Below are positions 1 through 9,598 of a DNA stretch of 56,344 nucleotides, piece by piece (positions within the stretch are counted from its first letter, which is position 1; each line of letters opens with the position of its first letter). Source of the stretch: a virus. Taxonomy: Duplodnaviria; Caudoviricetes. The DNA is taken from positions 1-56,344 of the IMG/VR virus record IMGVR_UViG_3300036790_000300. One strand, given 5' to 3'. The translations under genes and the position numbers were made by a program. The notes below the pieces were generated by a model that was not told the DNA's origin, did no database searches, and saw only the letters and a list, made by a program, of their open reading frames with translations.

Positions 1-1219
1 TCCAAAGGTTCGTCGCGAGGCGCATGAAGCGGTTGTCAGTCGAGATATTGTTTGGAATCGGCACAATGCGGTCATCCCACTCCCAGCCGGAGCCGGGCTT
101 CGGAGGCGTCATCACCAGCGTGTCCGGGTCGATGATGTACAGGACTTCGCCGGGGTTGATGGTTATGCCTGAGGGGATATTCGATCCGGTCGGCGACAGC
201 GTGCCTGCTCCGACCGTGGCGCCGTTGACCGTATAGGTCGGCGACATGAACGGAACCAGCTTGGTGCTCGATCCGGCGCCGTCCAGGAACTTCGCTGGGC
301 TTGCAGTGCCGTAGGCTGCCGGGTTTCCGCCGGGCAGGTAGTTCCATGCCGTGGAGGAAGGAGCCAAGGGATCTTCGTGAACCTGCCATCCGCCGAAGTT
401 CACCGAGCGCCAGCCGAAGTCGGTGCCCTCTTTCACTTCCAGATGCTGGATGACTGCGGCGGAGCGGAACATGACCGCGAGTGCGCCGAAGCCGAACGGG
501 TTGGCGAACGCGACCTTTGCTTTCGCTCCAAGGACCGACAACTGCGCCAGGCAATGCTCGAGGACCGGGTAGGTGATCGAGCCGACTGCGCCGGTGGCGG
601 TGCCGCAGTAGTAGGGAACTGAGTTGTTCGCCTGCCCTACGTTGCCGTTGCGCTTCTGGTAGCCGTAGTACTGATAGACGTTGCCGAACGGGCTGGTGTC
701 GATGCCGTTGTTATAAGCCTCGTCGAAGCCGTTGGCGGTCTTGTAGCGGTTGTCTGAAACGCCGACCGTCGATGGGGCGCCGGGCTGGCCTGAAGCCGCT
801 TGGCCATGACGATAGAAGTCCATCTCGATCATGGACTCGATCTTCTTCATCATGCAGTAGGTGTCGAGGTCTTCCTGCGAGAACTTCTGCGTGTCGCCGG
901 GAGCGTTGTACAGGCGGTAGGTGGTCTGATCGATCGGCAGGTTTGACTGGTAGAAGCGCTCGTCGAACTTGGTGTCCGATGCCATCTGCTTCCGCTGCGG
1001 AGTGATCGTGTCACCAGGCTGCGTCGCCGCGCCATCCGCGTAGTCGTAGATGTATGCCGACTCGACCCCGGTTCCCTGAAAGAGAACTTCCGTGATCCCA
1101 GCCTCCTTCAGCAGGCCAACGAGGGGAAAGTTGGTACCGAAGTTGTCGTGGATGATCCCGTACCGAATCAGCGACCTGGAGGCGGAATCCCTCTCGTTAA
1201 ATAGAGGATCATTCGGCAT
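1..1219 (-). CDS. Major capsid protein (3' end truncated at window edge)
   Basis: Open frame from ATG at 1219 (MPNDPLFNERDSASRSLIRYGIIHDNFGTNFPLVGLLKE...) to the left edge with no stop (>=406 codons, ending ...DNRFMRLATNLW). Missed by the ORF track. Lies directly downstream of portal/scaffold and has capsid-like size. Confidence 0.75.
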   Translation of the reverse strand, partial: MPNDPLFNERDSASRSLIRYGIIHDNFGTNFPLVGLLKEAGITEVLFQGTGVESAYIYDYADGAATQPGDTITPQRKQMASDTKFDERFYQSNLPIDQTTYRLYNAPGDTQKFSQEDLDTYCMMKKIESMIEMDFYRHGQAASGQPGAPSTVGVSDNRYKTANGFDEAYNNGIDTSPFGNVYQYYGYQKRNGNVGQANNSVPYYCGTATGAVGSITYPVLEHCLAQLSVLGAKAKVAFANPFGFGALAVMFRSAAVIQHLEVKEGTDFGWRSVNFGGWQVHEDPLAPSSTAWNYLPGGNPAAYGTASPAKFLDGAGSSTKLVPFMSPTYTVNGATVGAGTLSPTGSNIPSGITINPGEVLYIIDPDTLVMTPPKPGSGWEWDDRIVPIPNNISTDNRFMRLATNLW

Positions 1220-1244
1220 TGTGTTTTACCCTTTCACTGCAAAC

Positions 1245-2048
1245 TTAGTCAGTGCTGCTTGCGACAGCCTGTCGTACACGAGAAACTGAGGCCGCTATGC
1301 GGTCGCGGGGTGACATCTTGCGGAAGTCGCTCTGCTCCTGCGCATCGCGCGGCTTGAAAATCTTGGAGTGCATGGAATCGCGTCCGCGAGCCAACCCGGG
1401 ATGCCCGGCGGTGACGGGGTTGTCCTCGCGCCACTTCTTCACGCCTGCGTCGATACCGGCCTGCACGCGCGCATCTTCCGCAGCTTTGGTCTGGCGGGTC
1501 TGCTCTTCCGAAAACTTGTACTTGCGTTCCGCGTAGTCGTTCACGCTCATCTTCGCGGCAATCGCTTCGTCAACCAGCTTCACCGGATCGTCCACGAACG
1601 GCTTGCCATAGACCGACTGGTAGCGCGTCTGCACGCGGAGCGCATCGCCCATCTGGGAGAATCCGGCGCGCATGGTGTCATGGAGAGTCTTGTTGGGATC
1701 TGCGGGAGTAGCGACAGAGGGTTGGCGGATGCCGGAGAGATCGATGTTCAAGCCAGACTCCTTCGCCTTATCAAGGGCGGACCTGTAGGCGGCGTTGGCG
1801 CTCTCTAGTTCCGCCACGCGCACTTCACTCACCCCAAACTTCTGAATCTGATCGTCGATGGCGGTCTGGTCTCGCTTCGCCTGCTCGAGTGTTTCGGCGG
1901 CTTCGCGTTGGGCGGTGGTGGCCTGGCTGTACTTCGTGTCAGCTTCCGACAAGTAGCCGTTCCACTTCGCTACCACGTCGGACTTCGCATGAAGAGTCGA
2001 GGGATCAATCCCTAACTCTTGTGCCAAAGTATCGAGTGTGAATGCCAT
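1245..2048 (-). CDS. Probable capsid scaffolding protein
   Basis: 267 aa, helical/coiled-coil and charged, immediately upstream of the major capsid gene; GGAG RBS. Confidence 0.55.
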   Translation of the reverse strand: MAFTLDTLAQELGIDPSTLHAKSDVVAKWNGYLSEADTKYSQATTAQREAAETLEQAKRDQTAIDDQIQKFGVSEVRVAELESANAAYRSALDKAKESGLNIDLSGIRQPSVATPADPNKTLHDTMRAGFSQMGDALRVQTRYQSVYGKPFVDDPVKLVDEAIAAKMSVNDYAERKYKFSEEQTRQTKAAEDARVQAGIDAGVKKWREDNPVTAGHPGLARGRDSMHSKIFKPRDAQEQSDFRKMSPRDRIAASVSRVRQAVASSTD

Positions 2049-2060
2049 TGGTTTCTCCGT

Positions 2061-2312
2061 TTACTGCTGAGCTGGTGCCTGAATCGGCTGTGCAGGTCCA
2101 GGTGCGGCCTGCGAGGATTTCTGGAGTGCTTGAATGACTGCGGAGGCTGCCTGCTGCATCTCAGGCTGAATCACGGTGTTCTGTGTCCCGATGGTGCGCA
2201 GCGCGATTGCCAACCGTCCCAGGATGGTCTGGAGTGGATTGGCTTGCTGCTGCTGGTCGCCGCCCCCCTGCTGAGGAGCGGCGTCCTGCGGTGATGGCAT
2301 GGAGGTTGCCAT
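2061..2312 (-). CDS. Hypothetical head-module protein (Q/P/A-rich)
   Basis: 83 aa ORF co-oriented and tightly packed in the head operon. Confidence 0.6.
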   Translation of the reverse strand: MATSMPSPQDAAPQQGGGDQQQQANPLQTILGRLAIALRTIGTQNTVIQPEMQQAASAVIQALQKSSQAAPGPAQPIQAPAQQ

Positions 2313-2314
2313 GT

Positions 2315-2419
2315 TTACTTCTTGTGGCTCTTGCGGCTGCGCTTGTGGCTCTTTTTGCCGCTCTTCTTGCTCTTTTTGTGGCCGGAAACTCCCTTGACCA
2401 TGAAACGACCCTTCGCCAT
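2315..2419 (-). CDS. Small Lys/Ser/His-rich basic peptide (34 aa)
   Basis: Hand translation MAKGRFMVKGVSGHKKSKKSGKKSHKRSRKSHKK*; AAGGAG RBS 7 nt upstream; below ORF-track cut-off. Confidence 0.6.
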   Translation of the reverse strand: MAKGRFMVKGVSGHKKSKKSGKKSHKRSRKSHKK

Positions 2420-2440
2420 TGTGTTTCTCCTTATCGCTGA

Positions 2441-2482
2441 AATAGAAAACGCCTCGCGACGTCTTCCTGTCTGCGAGGCGTT
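2441..2482 (-). terminator. Terminator-like GC hairpin upstream of the scaffold/capsid genes
   Basis: Minus strand AACGCCTCGC-agacaggaagacgtc-GCGAGGCGTT followed by TTCTATTT. Confidence 0.4.
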
Positions 2483-2552
2483 AGCTGGTCCACAAGGAGG
2501 GCTATCGAATCTCTGAGAACTAAGAGAACACTACCCTAAAATTCTGTCAACA

Positions 2553-2771
2553 TTATTCGGGTAGCTTCTGCTCTGTCACGACATCACGCAACCCGCCTTG
2601 ATTGACGTGCCACGTAACAACGCCCGTAAATTTGCCTCTTCGCAGCACGGTCCACATGGCCTCCATGAGCCGCGGAATGCCTATCTGGCTGGGCGGGCGG
2701 AAGGTCTGTCGAAACGTGCGCACCGTCTCGCTGTTCACCAATGGCAGGTTTTCGGCTTCAATGTCGGTCAT
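2553..2771 (-). CDS. Hypothetical protein
   Basis: 72 aa, GAGGAG RBS, downstream of portal. Confidence 0.6.
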   Translation of the reverse strand: MTDIEAENLPLVNSETVRTFRQTFRPPSQIGIPRLMEAMWTVLRRGKFTGVVTWHVNQGGLRDVVTEQKLPE

Positions 2772-2783
2772 GGTTCTCCTCTA

Positions 2784-2796
2784 CGACAGGATGTCG
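2784..2796 (-). promoter_or_regulatory. 13-bp operator-like motif CGACATCCTGTCG (copy 1 of 7, inverted)
   Basis: Intergenic, just after the portal stop; motif recurs at 10424, 12591, 13231, 15507, 29638, 36953. Confidence 0.55.
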
Positions 2797-2799
2797 TTT

Positions 2800-4830
2800 T
2801 CAAGATGTCTTGTTCACTGCTCTGACCTGTCCATCCTGCGATCCTTTGACTGCACCCTTGTTGGGCTTCTTGTTCGAGTTGGGGCGCCCCCCGCCCTTGC
2901 CCTGTCCGGGTCCGCCGCCCTCTTCCGGCGCCTGAAGTCCCAGGTCTTTCGCCTTCTTGGCGAGCATGACCTGCACTTCGAGCTTCTTGATCGATTCCTT
3001 TTCCTGCTCTTCCCACCACTCTTCGTGCAGGGCTTCGTAGCCGCTGACGCCGAACTTCTCCATGTAGGCGGACTGTGGGAGCTGTGCGCCCTTCTGGAAG
3101 AGGAACATCCAGAGCATCTTCTCCTGCATCTGCGTGATGTCGAGAAGCTGCATTGGGGTCGAAACGATGCCGAGTCTTCCGAGGAACCAGCGTGCGCGCT
3201 GCGCCTTCGTGTACCGCGATTCCCCTTGCATCAATTCGTTCGGAAGATGCGAAGGAACCAGAGACGTCGGATCGTTGTCGTAGGTCTCGAGATCCACCGC
3301 TTCCGGGCCGATCATCGAGATCAGGTCATCCACCGGGATGTATTGCGCGATGTTGTACTTCAGCATCTGGGCAAGCCGGGAAGACGCGCGCCACATCACC
3401 ATCGCAATGCCTTTGGCCATCGGCCCAAGATTGGTGATGAATTTGTCGAAAGACTGCTCGGACATATTCGACTTCAGATCCCGCATCGACGCGATGTCCG
3501 CCAAACCCAACGTCGACTTGATCGCCGAGTCGTAGGCCTCTTGGCCCTTCCAGTCTTCTCCATTGACGATCATCGAATCGGGGAGCATGGAGGCCATCGC
3601 CTTCTTCGGGTCGCCCTTCACGCCGGCGCGGATGCCTTGCGCTCTGAGAAGGTCCAGCTTCTCCAACTGGGTGCGTGACGCACCTGAAGTGAAGTCGTAG
3701 CCCATCGGCGGGTCTTTGCGCACCGCCAGCGTCTCGTCGATCTCGGAAAGTCTCGCGCGTCTCGATCTTTCCAAACCTGCAACCTGCCGCACCGCCGAGT
3801 AGCCCCTTGCGGCCCACGGCCAGTCGTTTACGTCCAGTTGCACGACGGGCATCTCTCCATGCATGTCAAAGGCGGTGTCGTCGTACATCGGAACAGGTAC
3901 GGTCGGGCAGGTGATGATTTCGCGAAGCTGCGGGTAGACCCTACAGTCTTCCTCTTCCGCCTTGCGGGATTGCGGCATGCCGTTTTGCGGGTTCACGCTG
4001 ACCAGAAGGTCTCCGTAACTCGGAACGGTGAAGCCCCACGTTGACCCCGGCATGCCCATCTGCATGGTGCGCTTGGTCTCGTTGATCCTGAGGTCAGCAA
4101 TGAAGTGTCTGCGAATCTCGCAGTACTTGTTCTCCCAGCCCCAGCGGCCGGAGAAGCGGTTGCGGTCCCAGTTGTCCAGCCGAACTCCTCCGGCGGAGCC
4201 GTACTTGCGCCAATCGTAGCGGCTGATGGGGACAAGGTGCTCGGCGAACTCAGGGAACCTGGCGTGCGCCTCGGCGATCGGCATCGGGGTGATGACGGTG
4301 ATGGCGTAGCTGCCCTGGATGTCGTTGTTCAGCGGAAGTTGCTCTGGGAGGACTTCGAACGGTCCGAGTGCTTCGAAGAAGTTCCTGCCTTTCCCCCAGC
4401 CGTAGTTCGGACGCGAGAAGTGCATCCAGATGAAGCCGCTGCCCAGCATCGACCATTGCAGCGCGCGACGGATGTTGAAGACGTACTCGCTGGCCCAGTA
4501 GACGTGCTTCAGGGTCTTGTTGTAGGTGTTAGCGTAGGGCTTGTACTGCTCTGCGGTCACTCCTAGGGTGGCAATCTGGCGAAGGTCGGAGATGGTTTCG
4601 ACGAAGGTTCGGATGTTGGGCATCAGCAGGTTCGACTTCATGCTGTTGTCCTGATCCAGCCCTAAGAGCAGGCGAATGTCGCGCTCTAGGGTTTTCGTCC
4701 CCTCCTGGTCGCGTGCCCACTTGTCCCCGTTCTGCACGAGCTCATCGCACCAGCCCTTGACGTAGTGGCCGCCCACCTCCTTGCGGGGTACCTGCCACTC
4801 GATGAACTTCTCGTGGGAGATGGGGTTCAC
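2800..4830 (-). CDS. Portal protein (podovirus-type)
   Basis: 676 aa between terminase and scaffold/capsid; size, position and helical character fit a P22/T7-like portal. Confidence 0.75.
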   Translation of the reverse strand: MNPISHEKFIEWQVPRKEVGGHYVKGWCDELVQNGDKWARDQEGTKTLERDIRLLLGLDQDNSMKSNLLMPNIRTFVETISDLRQIATLGVTAEQYKPYANTYNKTLKHVYWASEYVFNIRRALQWSMLGSGFIWMHFSRPNYGWGKGRNFFEALGPFEVLPEQLPLNNDIQGSYAITVITPMPIAEAHARFPEFAEHLVPISRYDWRKYGSAGGVRLDNWDRNRFSGRWGWENKYCEIRRHFIADLRINETKRTMQMGMPGSTWGFTVPSYGDLLVSVNPQNGMPQSRKAEEEDCRVYPQLREIITCPTVPVPMYDDTAFDMHGEMPVVQLDVNDWPWAARGYSAVRQVAGLERSRRARLSEIDETLAVRKDPPMGYDFTSGASRTQLEKLDLLRAQGIRAGVKGDPKKAMASMLPDSMIVNGEDWKGQEAYDSAIKSTLGLADIASMRDLKSNMSEQSFDKFITNLGPMAKGIAMVMWRASSRLAQMLKYNIAQYIPVDDLISMIGPEAVDLETYDNDPTSLVPSHLPNELMQGESRYTKAQRARWFLGRLGIVSTPMQLLDITQMQEKMLWMFLFQKGAQLPQSAYMEKFGVSGYEALHEEWWEEQEKESIKKLEVQVMLAKKAKDLGLQAPEEGGGPGQGKGGGRPNSNKKPNKGAVKGSQDGQVRAVNKTS

Positions 4831-5108
4831 GCTGCCACACCCATGAGCGACGCTAGGCGGCGACGCAGTTCGCCCAGCGTCTTCCGGTAAAGACCGCCAG
4901 CGTTCCCGCTATCCGCAGCGCGGTGGGCAATCTCGGCGAAGCGCCCCGTTTCGATCATCTCGGCCACGCGGATAGCGGACATCTCGTCCACTACTGCCGC
5001 TGACAGCATGATTTTGTTGTGCCACTCGTGACCACGCAGGTCGGTCCAGATGTGAACGTTCAGGTCGCCGTCTTGCCAGATGTAGGGGTCTCCCCGGAAG
5101 TAGCTCAT
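4827..5108 (-). CDS. Hypothetical protein
   Basis: 93 aa, overlaps both neighbours by 4 nt (translational coupling). Confidence 0.6.
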   Translation of the reverse strand: MSYFRGDPYIWQDGDLNVHIWTDLRGHEWHNKIMLSAAVVDEMSAIRVAEMIETGRFAEIAHRAADSGNAGGLYRKTLGELRRRLASLMGVAA

Positions 5109-5602
5109 GACTTTTCGCCTTCCACCGTGCCGCCGTCAGCGATGCGCTCCGGACCGTGCTTGAAGTAGGGGCTGTCGAGCGCGACCTCGTGGGAGGTCTT
5201 GCCCTGCTCGTAGGCCTCTGCCGGGGTGTAAATCTGCGGTCGCAGCTTGGCCTGCATCATGCGGTCGTACTTCTCGTCCATGAGCCGGATCAGGGTGTTG
5301 TTCAGGTCGCGGTTGAACGGATTCACGTGCTGGTTGCGGGCGCGGATCGCCGAGGACAGAGACTTGCGGAAGATCGATTCCCGCTGAATCTGCCGGACCG
5401 TGGACTCGTAGGCGTCCCGCTCCTGCTGCTGCCGATACATCCCCACATGCCGCTCAATTTCGCGTGCAGATTGCAATGTTTTCTCTTTGTAGCGAATTCC
5501 TATCGGGAAAAGGGGCCTCGCGAATTCAGGCGTAAATCCCAGAATTCGATTCGTGTCCAATTCAAAATAGACTTTGACGGCTTCTTTTGAGGAGAGCGGC
5601 AT
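5105..5602 (-). CDS. Hypothetical protein
   Basis: ORF between terL and portal; likely start MPLSSKE at 5602 (ORF track starts at 5638). Confidence 0.6.
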   Translation of the reverse strand: MPLSSKEAVKVYFELDTNRILGFTPEFARPLFPIGIRYKEKTLQSAREIERHVGMYRQQQERDAYESTVRQIQRESIFRKSLSSAIRARNQHVNPFNRDLNNTLIRLMDEKYDRMMQAKLRPQIYTPAEAYEQGKTSHEVALDSPYFKHGPERIADGGTVEGEKS

Positions 5603-5637
5603 GACACAGAGAATAGCATCGAAGAAATTCCACCGCA

Positions 5638-7788
5638 TTATTCAATTTCAACGGCCATCTCGCACCATTCTTCGCTGACTGGGCCGGAATCACTTGCCGG
5701 GGCGTAACGCCTTCCCAGCCGGTCCGCCTCATCCTCGATGTCGTGGGCAGTCAGGAGAGCCATCGCGCTGGCGAAGATATTGTCGTCATGCTCGCCCTTT
5801 TCGTGGATCATCTTGGCCTTGTCCTCGCCGACCTTGCGCCGGATGAAGGTCTTGAACTGCCGGATCAGGATAGGGTCGTTCGGCTTGAACCAGCCCATGT
5901 TCACGTAGTTCACAAATTTCGATAGCAGGATGTCCCGGGACCACTCGACGGTGCGCCAACCCTCTTTGGTGCCGCGGTTCACGTCCACAGGGCCTTTGTT
6001 GTCGTAGAAGTGCATGACGTGGTGGTTGTAGAAGCCCATCAGCTTCAACTGGTTCAGGCACTCATCTCCCGACTTTCTGATCTGCTCGATGATGAACCTC
6101 ATTCCCAAGGGATCGCCGGAGGTCTGCTCTCCGTTTCCGTCGGTGGTGTAGTAGGTGGCGATCGCGGCGGCGATGCGGCTCATCTGGGCAGAGTTGACAT
6201 CGAGGGAAGTGAAGCTGGCCACCTGGGTGTCTCTCGCCTTTCCATAGCCGTTGCGCAGGATCGAGTTAACCGCGCGGTCCTCGTTGGGAAGCCCCATGCC
6301 GCCGGCCGTGTCGATGCCGGACGAGTAGCGCTTGTCATCCATCGGCTCTTCGAACACCAGCAGCTTGTTGAAGCACGCTTCGTCTGTGGAGTCGTCGAAT
6401 GGTCTTAAGGGGATCAGTTCCCACGAGTAGACATTCCCATCGTTCGCCTCCCAGCGCAGCGGAATCCTCTCCGCGGCGTAATCAATCTCGCTCGTTGGCG
6501 GATCGTAGGGCTTATTGTCTCTACCCAGAATGATGGTTTTCCCGGTGATCGCGTAGGCCTTGTAATCTCTCTTTTGCTCCCGCGTGACGACTTCGATCAC
6601 CTCGGACGAGAAGACGGGGTCGTGCTTCGATTGGAAGGCGTCCTGATCGGTGACCGCGTTCATCGCGAGGAAGGTCTTTTCGGAATGCGATTTTACGGCT
6701 TCCTTATAGCCGAGGTGCCAGAACCACATGTACTCGAAGGGCATCTCCCAGTGAGGGCCGAGGAACCTCTCCAGATAGTCGGTCGATCGCACGAACAGCT
6801 CGGCTCGCCGTTTCATTCTCAGCACTTCTACTGGCGGGTTCCAGCCCTCTGGGATGGGGTTGCCCCGGAGCCAATCGGATGGAGGGTAGAGGTCTCCGGC
6901 GCATGACGGCGGGATAAACATGGTGCGGAATCTGCCGCCCTGACCCCAAGTCGACTTGTACTCTTCCCACTTCTGCTTCTGCCAGGGCGACGCCGTAGAT
7001 CCGGTTCCTTCCATGACAAAGAAGAGCGAGGCCAATTGGTGGGCGGCCGGGAACACGCCTTCCTCGATGGTCTTGATGGGGTTGTCGTAGTCGGCGATCT
7101 CTGAAAGATGGAGACAGCTTGGCGATGATCCTTGCGCGATGCCAATCGTCTGGGAGCCAGCTTGGATCGAAAGGGTCGACCCGTTCTGCCATTTCGGCTC
7201 ATACGCCCGCAGGGAAGACTTCGCCGGAGGGAGCCAGAAAGGAAGTCTCTCCCATGCGGTGTCGATCATGCCGTTCAGCTTTTTGGATTGCTCTACCTGG
7301 GCCGAGGCCATGATGGCGTGCGTGTTCGAGCGGAACAGGATGCGGTGGAAGAAGAACATCGCCGTGGCGGTGGAGATGCCCACCTGCCTGGCTTTGAGAG
7401 CGAAGACCTGGATAGCGAGCTGCTTTTCCTCTCGATCCCTGAGCATCTCGAGGAATATCTTCTGGCCCATCCGGAACTCGAATGAGCCGATTGATTCGTC
7501 GGCTTTTCTGATCTTGCAGTACCTGGTGATGAAATATTCGGCGTCGGCAAAGCAGAGGAAGCGCTCGTTATAGCACCAGCGCTTGATCCACTGGGCGCGC
7601 TTCGCGGTGGGCTCCTTTCCCTGCTTCCATTCGAACGAAGTGCCGTTTTTGTTCGTGAAGGGGACGGTAATCGACTTCAGGTAGGCGTCGAAGTCGTCTA
7701 TCTCCCACATTTCATGGTAGGCGGGGCGCCAGCCATTTTTCTTCGCAAATGCCTCGATGACGGATTCAACGATGCGTCGTGAATACAC
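5638..7788 (-). CDS. terL: Terminase large subunit
   Basis: Walker A-like LKARQVGIST, Walker B LHLSE, coupling motif EGT, RNase H-like nuclease motifs GIDTAGG and HDDNIFA. Confidence 0.9.
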   Translation of the reverse strand: MYSRRIVESVIEAFAKKNGWRPAYHEMWEIDDFDAYLKSITVPFTNKNGTSFEWKQGKEPTAKRAQWIKRWCYNERFLCFADAEYFITRYCKIRKADESIGSFEFRMGQKIFLEMLRDREEKQLAIQVFALKARQVGISTATAMFFFHRILFRSNTHAIMASAQVEQSKKLNGMIDTAWERLPFWLPPAKSSLRAYEPKWQNGSTLSIQAGSQTIGIAQGSSPSCLHLSEIADYDNPIKTIEEGVFPAAHQLASLFFVMEGTGSTASPWQKQKWEEYKSTWGQGGRFRTMFIPPSCAGDLYPPSDWLRGNPIPEGWNPPVEVLRMKRRAELFVRSTDYLERFLGPHWEMPFEYMWFWHLGYKEAVKSHSEKTFLAMNAVTDQDAFQSKHDPVFSSEVIEVVTREQKRDYKAYAITGKTIILGRDNKPYDPPTSEIDYAAERIPLRWEANDGNVYSWELIPLRPFDDSTDEACFNKLLVFEEPMDDKRYSSGIDTAGGMGLPNEDRAVNSILRNGYGKARDTQVASFTSLDVNSAQMSRIAAAIATYYTTDGNGEQTSGDPLGMRFIIEQIRKSGDECLNQLKLMGFYNHHVMHFYDNKGPVDVNRGTKEGWRTVEWSRDILLSKFVNYVNMGWFKPNDPILIRQFKTFIRRKVGEDKAKMIHEKGEHDDNIFASAMALLTAHDIEDEADRLGRRYAPASDSGPVSEEWCEMAVEIE

Positions 7789-7992
7789 TCACTTACCAGC
7801 CTCTTCTATGTATCGGCGGAAAATAGCGCCTGTTTGTTTCTCTACTTCCTCTCTCGCCTCGTCGATTGGCCAGCCAAGTCTTCGCGCCGTTGCTAATACG
7901 CGATCAGCATCTGGATCGTCCTTGCAGTCCTCGATTATGCCGATCGCTACAATTATTTTCTTGGCGGTAGAACCTCTGGCACCTGTAATCAT
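7789..7992 (-). CDS. Hypothetical protein
   Basis: 67 aa (MITGARG...EEAGK), ATGA overlap with the upstream gene, abuts terL. Confidence 0.5.
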   Translation of the reverse strand: MITGARGSTAKKIIVAIGIIEDCKDDPDADRVLATARRLGWPIDEAREEVEKQTGAIFRRYIEEAGK

Positions 7993-8618
7993 TTCCCGGC
8001 CTCTAAAAGTTTTCTCCGATCGTTGCCCCATCCCTCGATCTCCATCGGATCAGCACCAAAAACATCGTCCAGGTCCGGGGCTCCATCACCATGCTCTTCC
8101 TCGGACGTCTCTTTACTGGAGTCGAAGACGTTGACGTTCACGCTCGAGCCCTTCGGAGTGGGCAGCCAACCGACAGCCTTGTGAACCATCTCGCGGTCTT
8201 TCGATGCGAACTCCGACCTCTTGGCGAAGTCTACGGTGGCCTGCACCACGCTGGGGTGCTCGGTCATGGTGATCAACGCTGACTCCGCACGGGAGACGTC
8301 GCGCGCGGCCAGGATGAGCGCCCCGAAGATAGTCATGACATCCACTCCGGCCGCCAGGCACATCGCCTCGAATGGGACTTTCTCCCGGTTGGCAAATTTG
8401 ATCCGCTGGCAGAACTCGAGCAGCTTCTTCGCGTCGGGATGCTGAGAGAATTTCAGGGTCTCGATCGCCCTGAGACGTCCGCCGATCGCGCGCCGCAGGC
8501 TGTCTTCAATCTTGGGGCAGTTCTCGAGTTGCCGTTTGCCGATTTTGTACTGGGTGAGGAACCGGGAAAGATAGGCGTCGGCGGTGGTGGGAGTCGACCG
8601 GACGTCAGGTACGGTCAT
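7989..8618 (-). CDS. Possible terminase small subunit
   Basis: ~209 aa helical protein with acidic C-tail upstream of terL. Start at 8618 chosen to limit overlap (ORF track 8735). Function from position only. Confidence 0.4.
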   Translation of the reverse strand: MTVPDVRSTPTTADAYLSRFLTQYKIGKRQLENCPKIEDSLRRAIGGRLRAIETLKFSQHPDAKKLLEFCQRIKFANREKVPFEAMCLAAGVDVMTIFGALILAARDVSRAESALITMTEHPSVVQATVDFAKRSEFASKDREMVHKAVGWLPTPKGSSVNVNVFDSSKETSEEEHGDGAPDLDDVFGADPMEIEGWGNDRRKLLEAGK

Positions 8619-8838
8619 TTCTGGCGCGGTTGATGGCGTCTTGGAACCGTCCGGTGGAGTTGCTGGGAAAGTCACGATATTCTTGCGGGGTTTGCGGTTC
8701 CGGGAGCGGGTCGCCTTTTCTCCAGACTTCTCCATGCTGTTCCTCTACCTTGGGGTACTTTCGGTCAATCCACTTGTCGAAGAGACTGAGGGCTCGATCC
8801 ACTGTTTCAAAGATCCGTGTCTGTGTTGGCTCGTCCAA
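8605..8838 (-). CDS. Hypothetical protein
   Basis: 77 aa, in tightly packed minus-strand operon. Confidence 0.5.
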   Translation of the reverse strand: MDEPTQTRIFETVDRALSLFDKWIDRKYPKVEEQHGEVWRKGDPLPEPQTPQEYRDFPSNSTGRFQDAINRARNDRT

Positions 8839-9226
8839 TGCGGCTCGTCCTTTCCCGGCGATAGAAGACCGCTTTCTGCTCCATGGATCCGTCTTCTTTT
8901 TCGACGATCACTGGGATGGGCTGGCCGGTCTGACGACGGAACACGTTGGGGGGAGTGTAGGGGATTTCTCCTGATATTTGCATGTTTACCGGATCGTGAA
9001 ACTCTCCGTCCGACTCTACGCTGCCGGTAACCCTGTCGAGCCTAACTTCCCCGAAGTTGTCCAGGGTGAAGCTCATGCTCCAGTCTGCCTTGAATTTTGG
9101 GTAGGCGCAGCCGTAGAGGTTGCAGGTTTTTCCCATCGAGTCGAAGATGGCCTCAGCGATTTTGGCCACGAGGCCTTCCTTGATCTCGTCCGCCGAGAGC
9201 GGCTGGATGATCTCACGCTCCGGCAT
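8807..9226 (-). CDS. Hypothetical protein
   Basis: ~139 aa globular-looking ORF (MPEREIIQPLS...), AGGA RBS. Confidence 0.6.
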   Translation of the reverse strand: MPEREIIQPLSADEIKEGLVAKIAEAIFDSMGKTCNLYGCAYPKFKADWSMSFTLDNFGEVRLDRVTGSVESDGEFHDPVNMQISGEIPYTPPNVFRRQTGQPIPVIVEKEDGSMEQKAVFYRRERTSRIGRANTDTDL

Positions 9227-9422
9227 CGGCTTTCCTGTCTGCCGGGATGGAGCCAAAGACGGGATAGACGTTCACGGTCGATGTTTGAACCACGACCTCC
9301 TTCGATGTCCAGTATTGCCGCAGCGCCTCGACGATCGTCACGTTCACGCTTCTCCCGTTCTGCTCGCGCTTCAACATCTCCGCCACGTCATCTGGCAATA
9401 CCGCACTGATTTGCTTGCTCAT
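9213..9422 (-). CDS. Ribbon-helix-helix (Arc/CopG-like) DNA-binding protein
   Basis: MSKQISAVLPDDVAEMLKREQNGRSVNVTIVEALRQYW fits the RHH pattern; GGAGG RBS. Confidence 0.6.
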   Translation of the reverse strand: MSKQISAVLPDDVAEMLKREQNGRSVNVTIVEALRQYWTSKEVVVQTSTVNVYPVFGSIPADRKADAGA

Positions 9423-9598
9423 TGGGCCTCCACGGTAAGTGCGCGCACACCCTTGTCGCTTATGGTGATCATGTCCACCTTTTGGGGCTTGGAACTCTGC
9501 CAGAGCGGATTTTGGCACCGCGGGCACTTCACCGGATTAGCCTTGCGCGGCGTCCAAGTGTATCCGCATCTCACGTGTGGGCATGTTTTAGTCTCCAT
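9419..9598 (-). CDS. Zinc-ribbon protein
   Basis: CPHVRCGYTW...PVKCPRCQNPLW; ATGA-coupled to the RHH gene. Confidence 0.6.
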   Translation of the reverse strand: METKTCPHVRCGYTWTPRKANPVKCPRCQNPLWQSSKPQKVDMITISDKGVRALTVEAQ

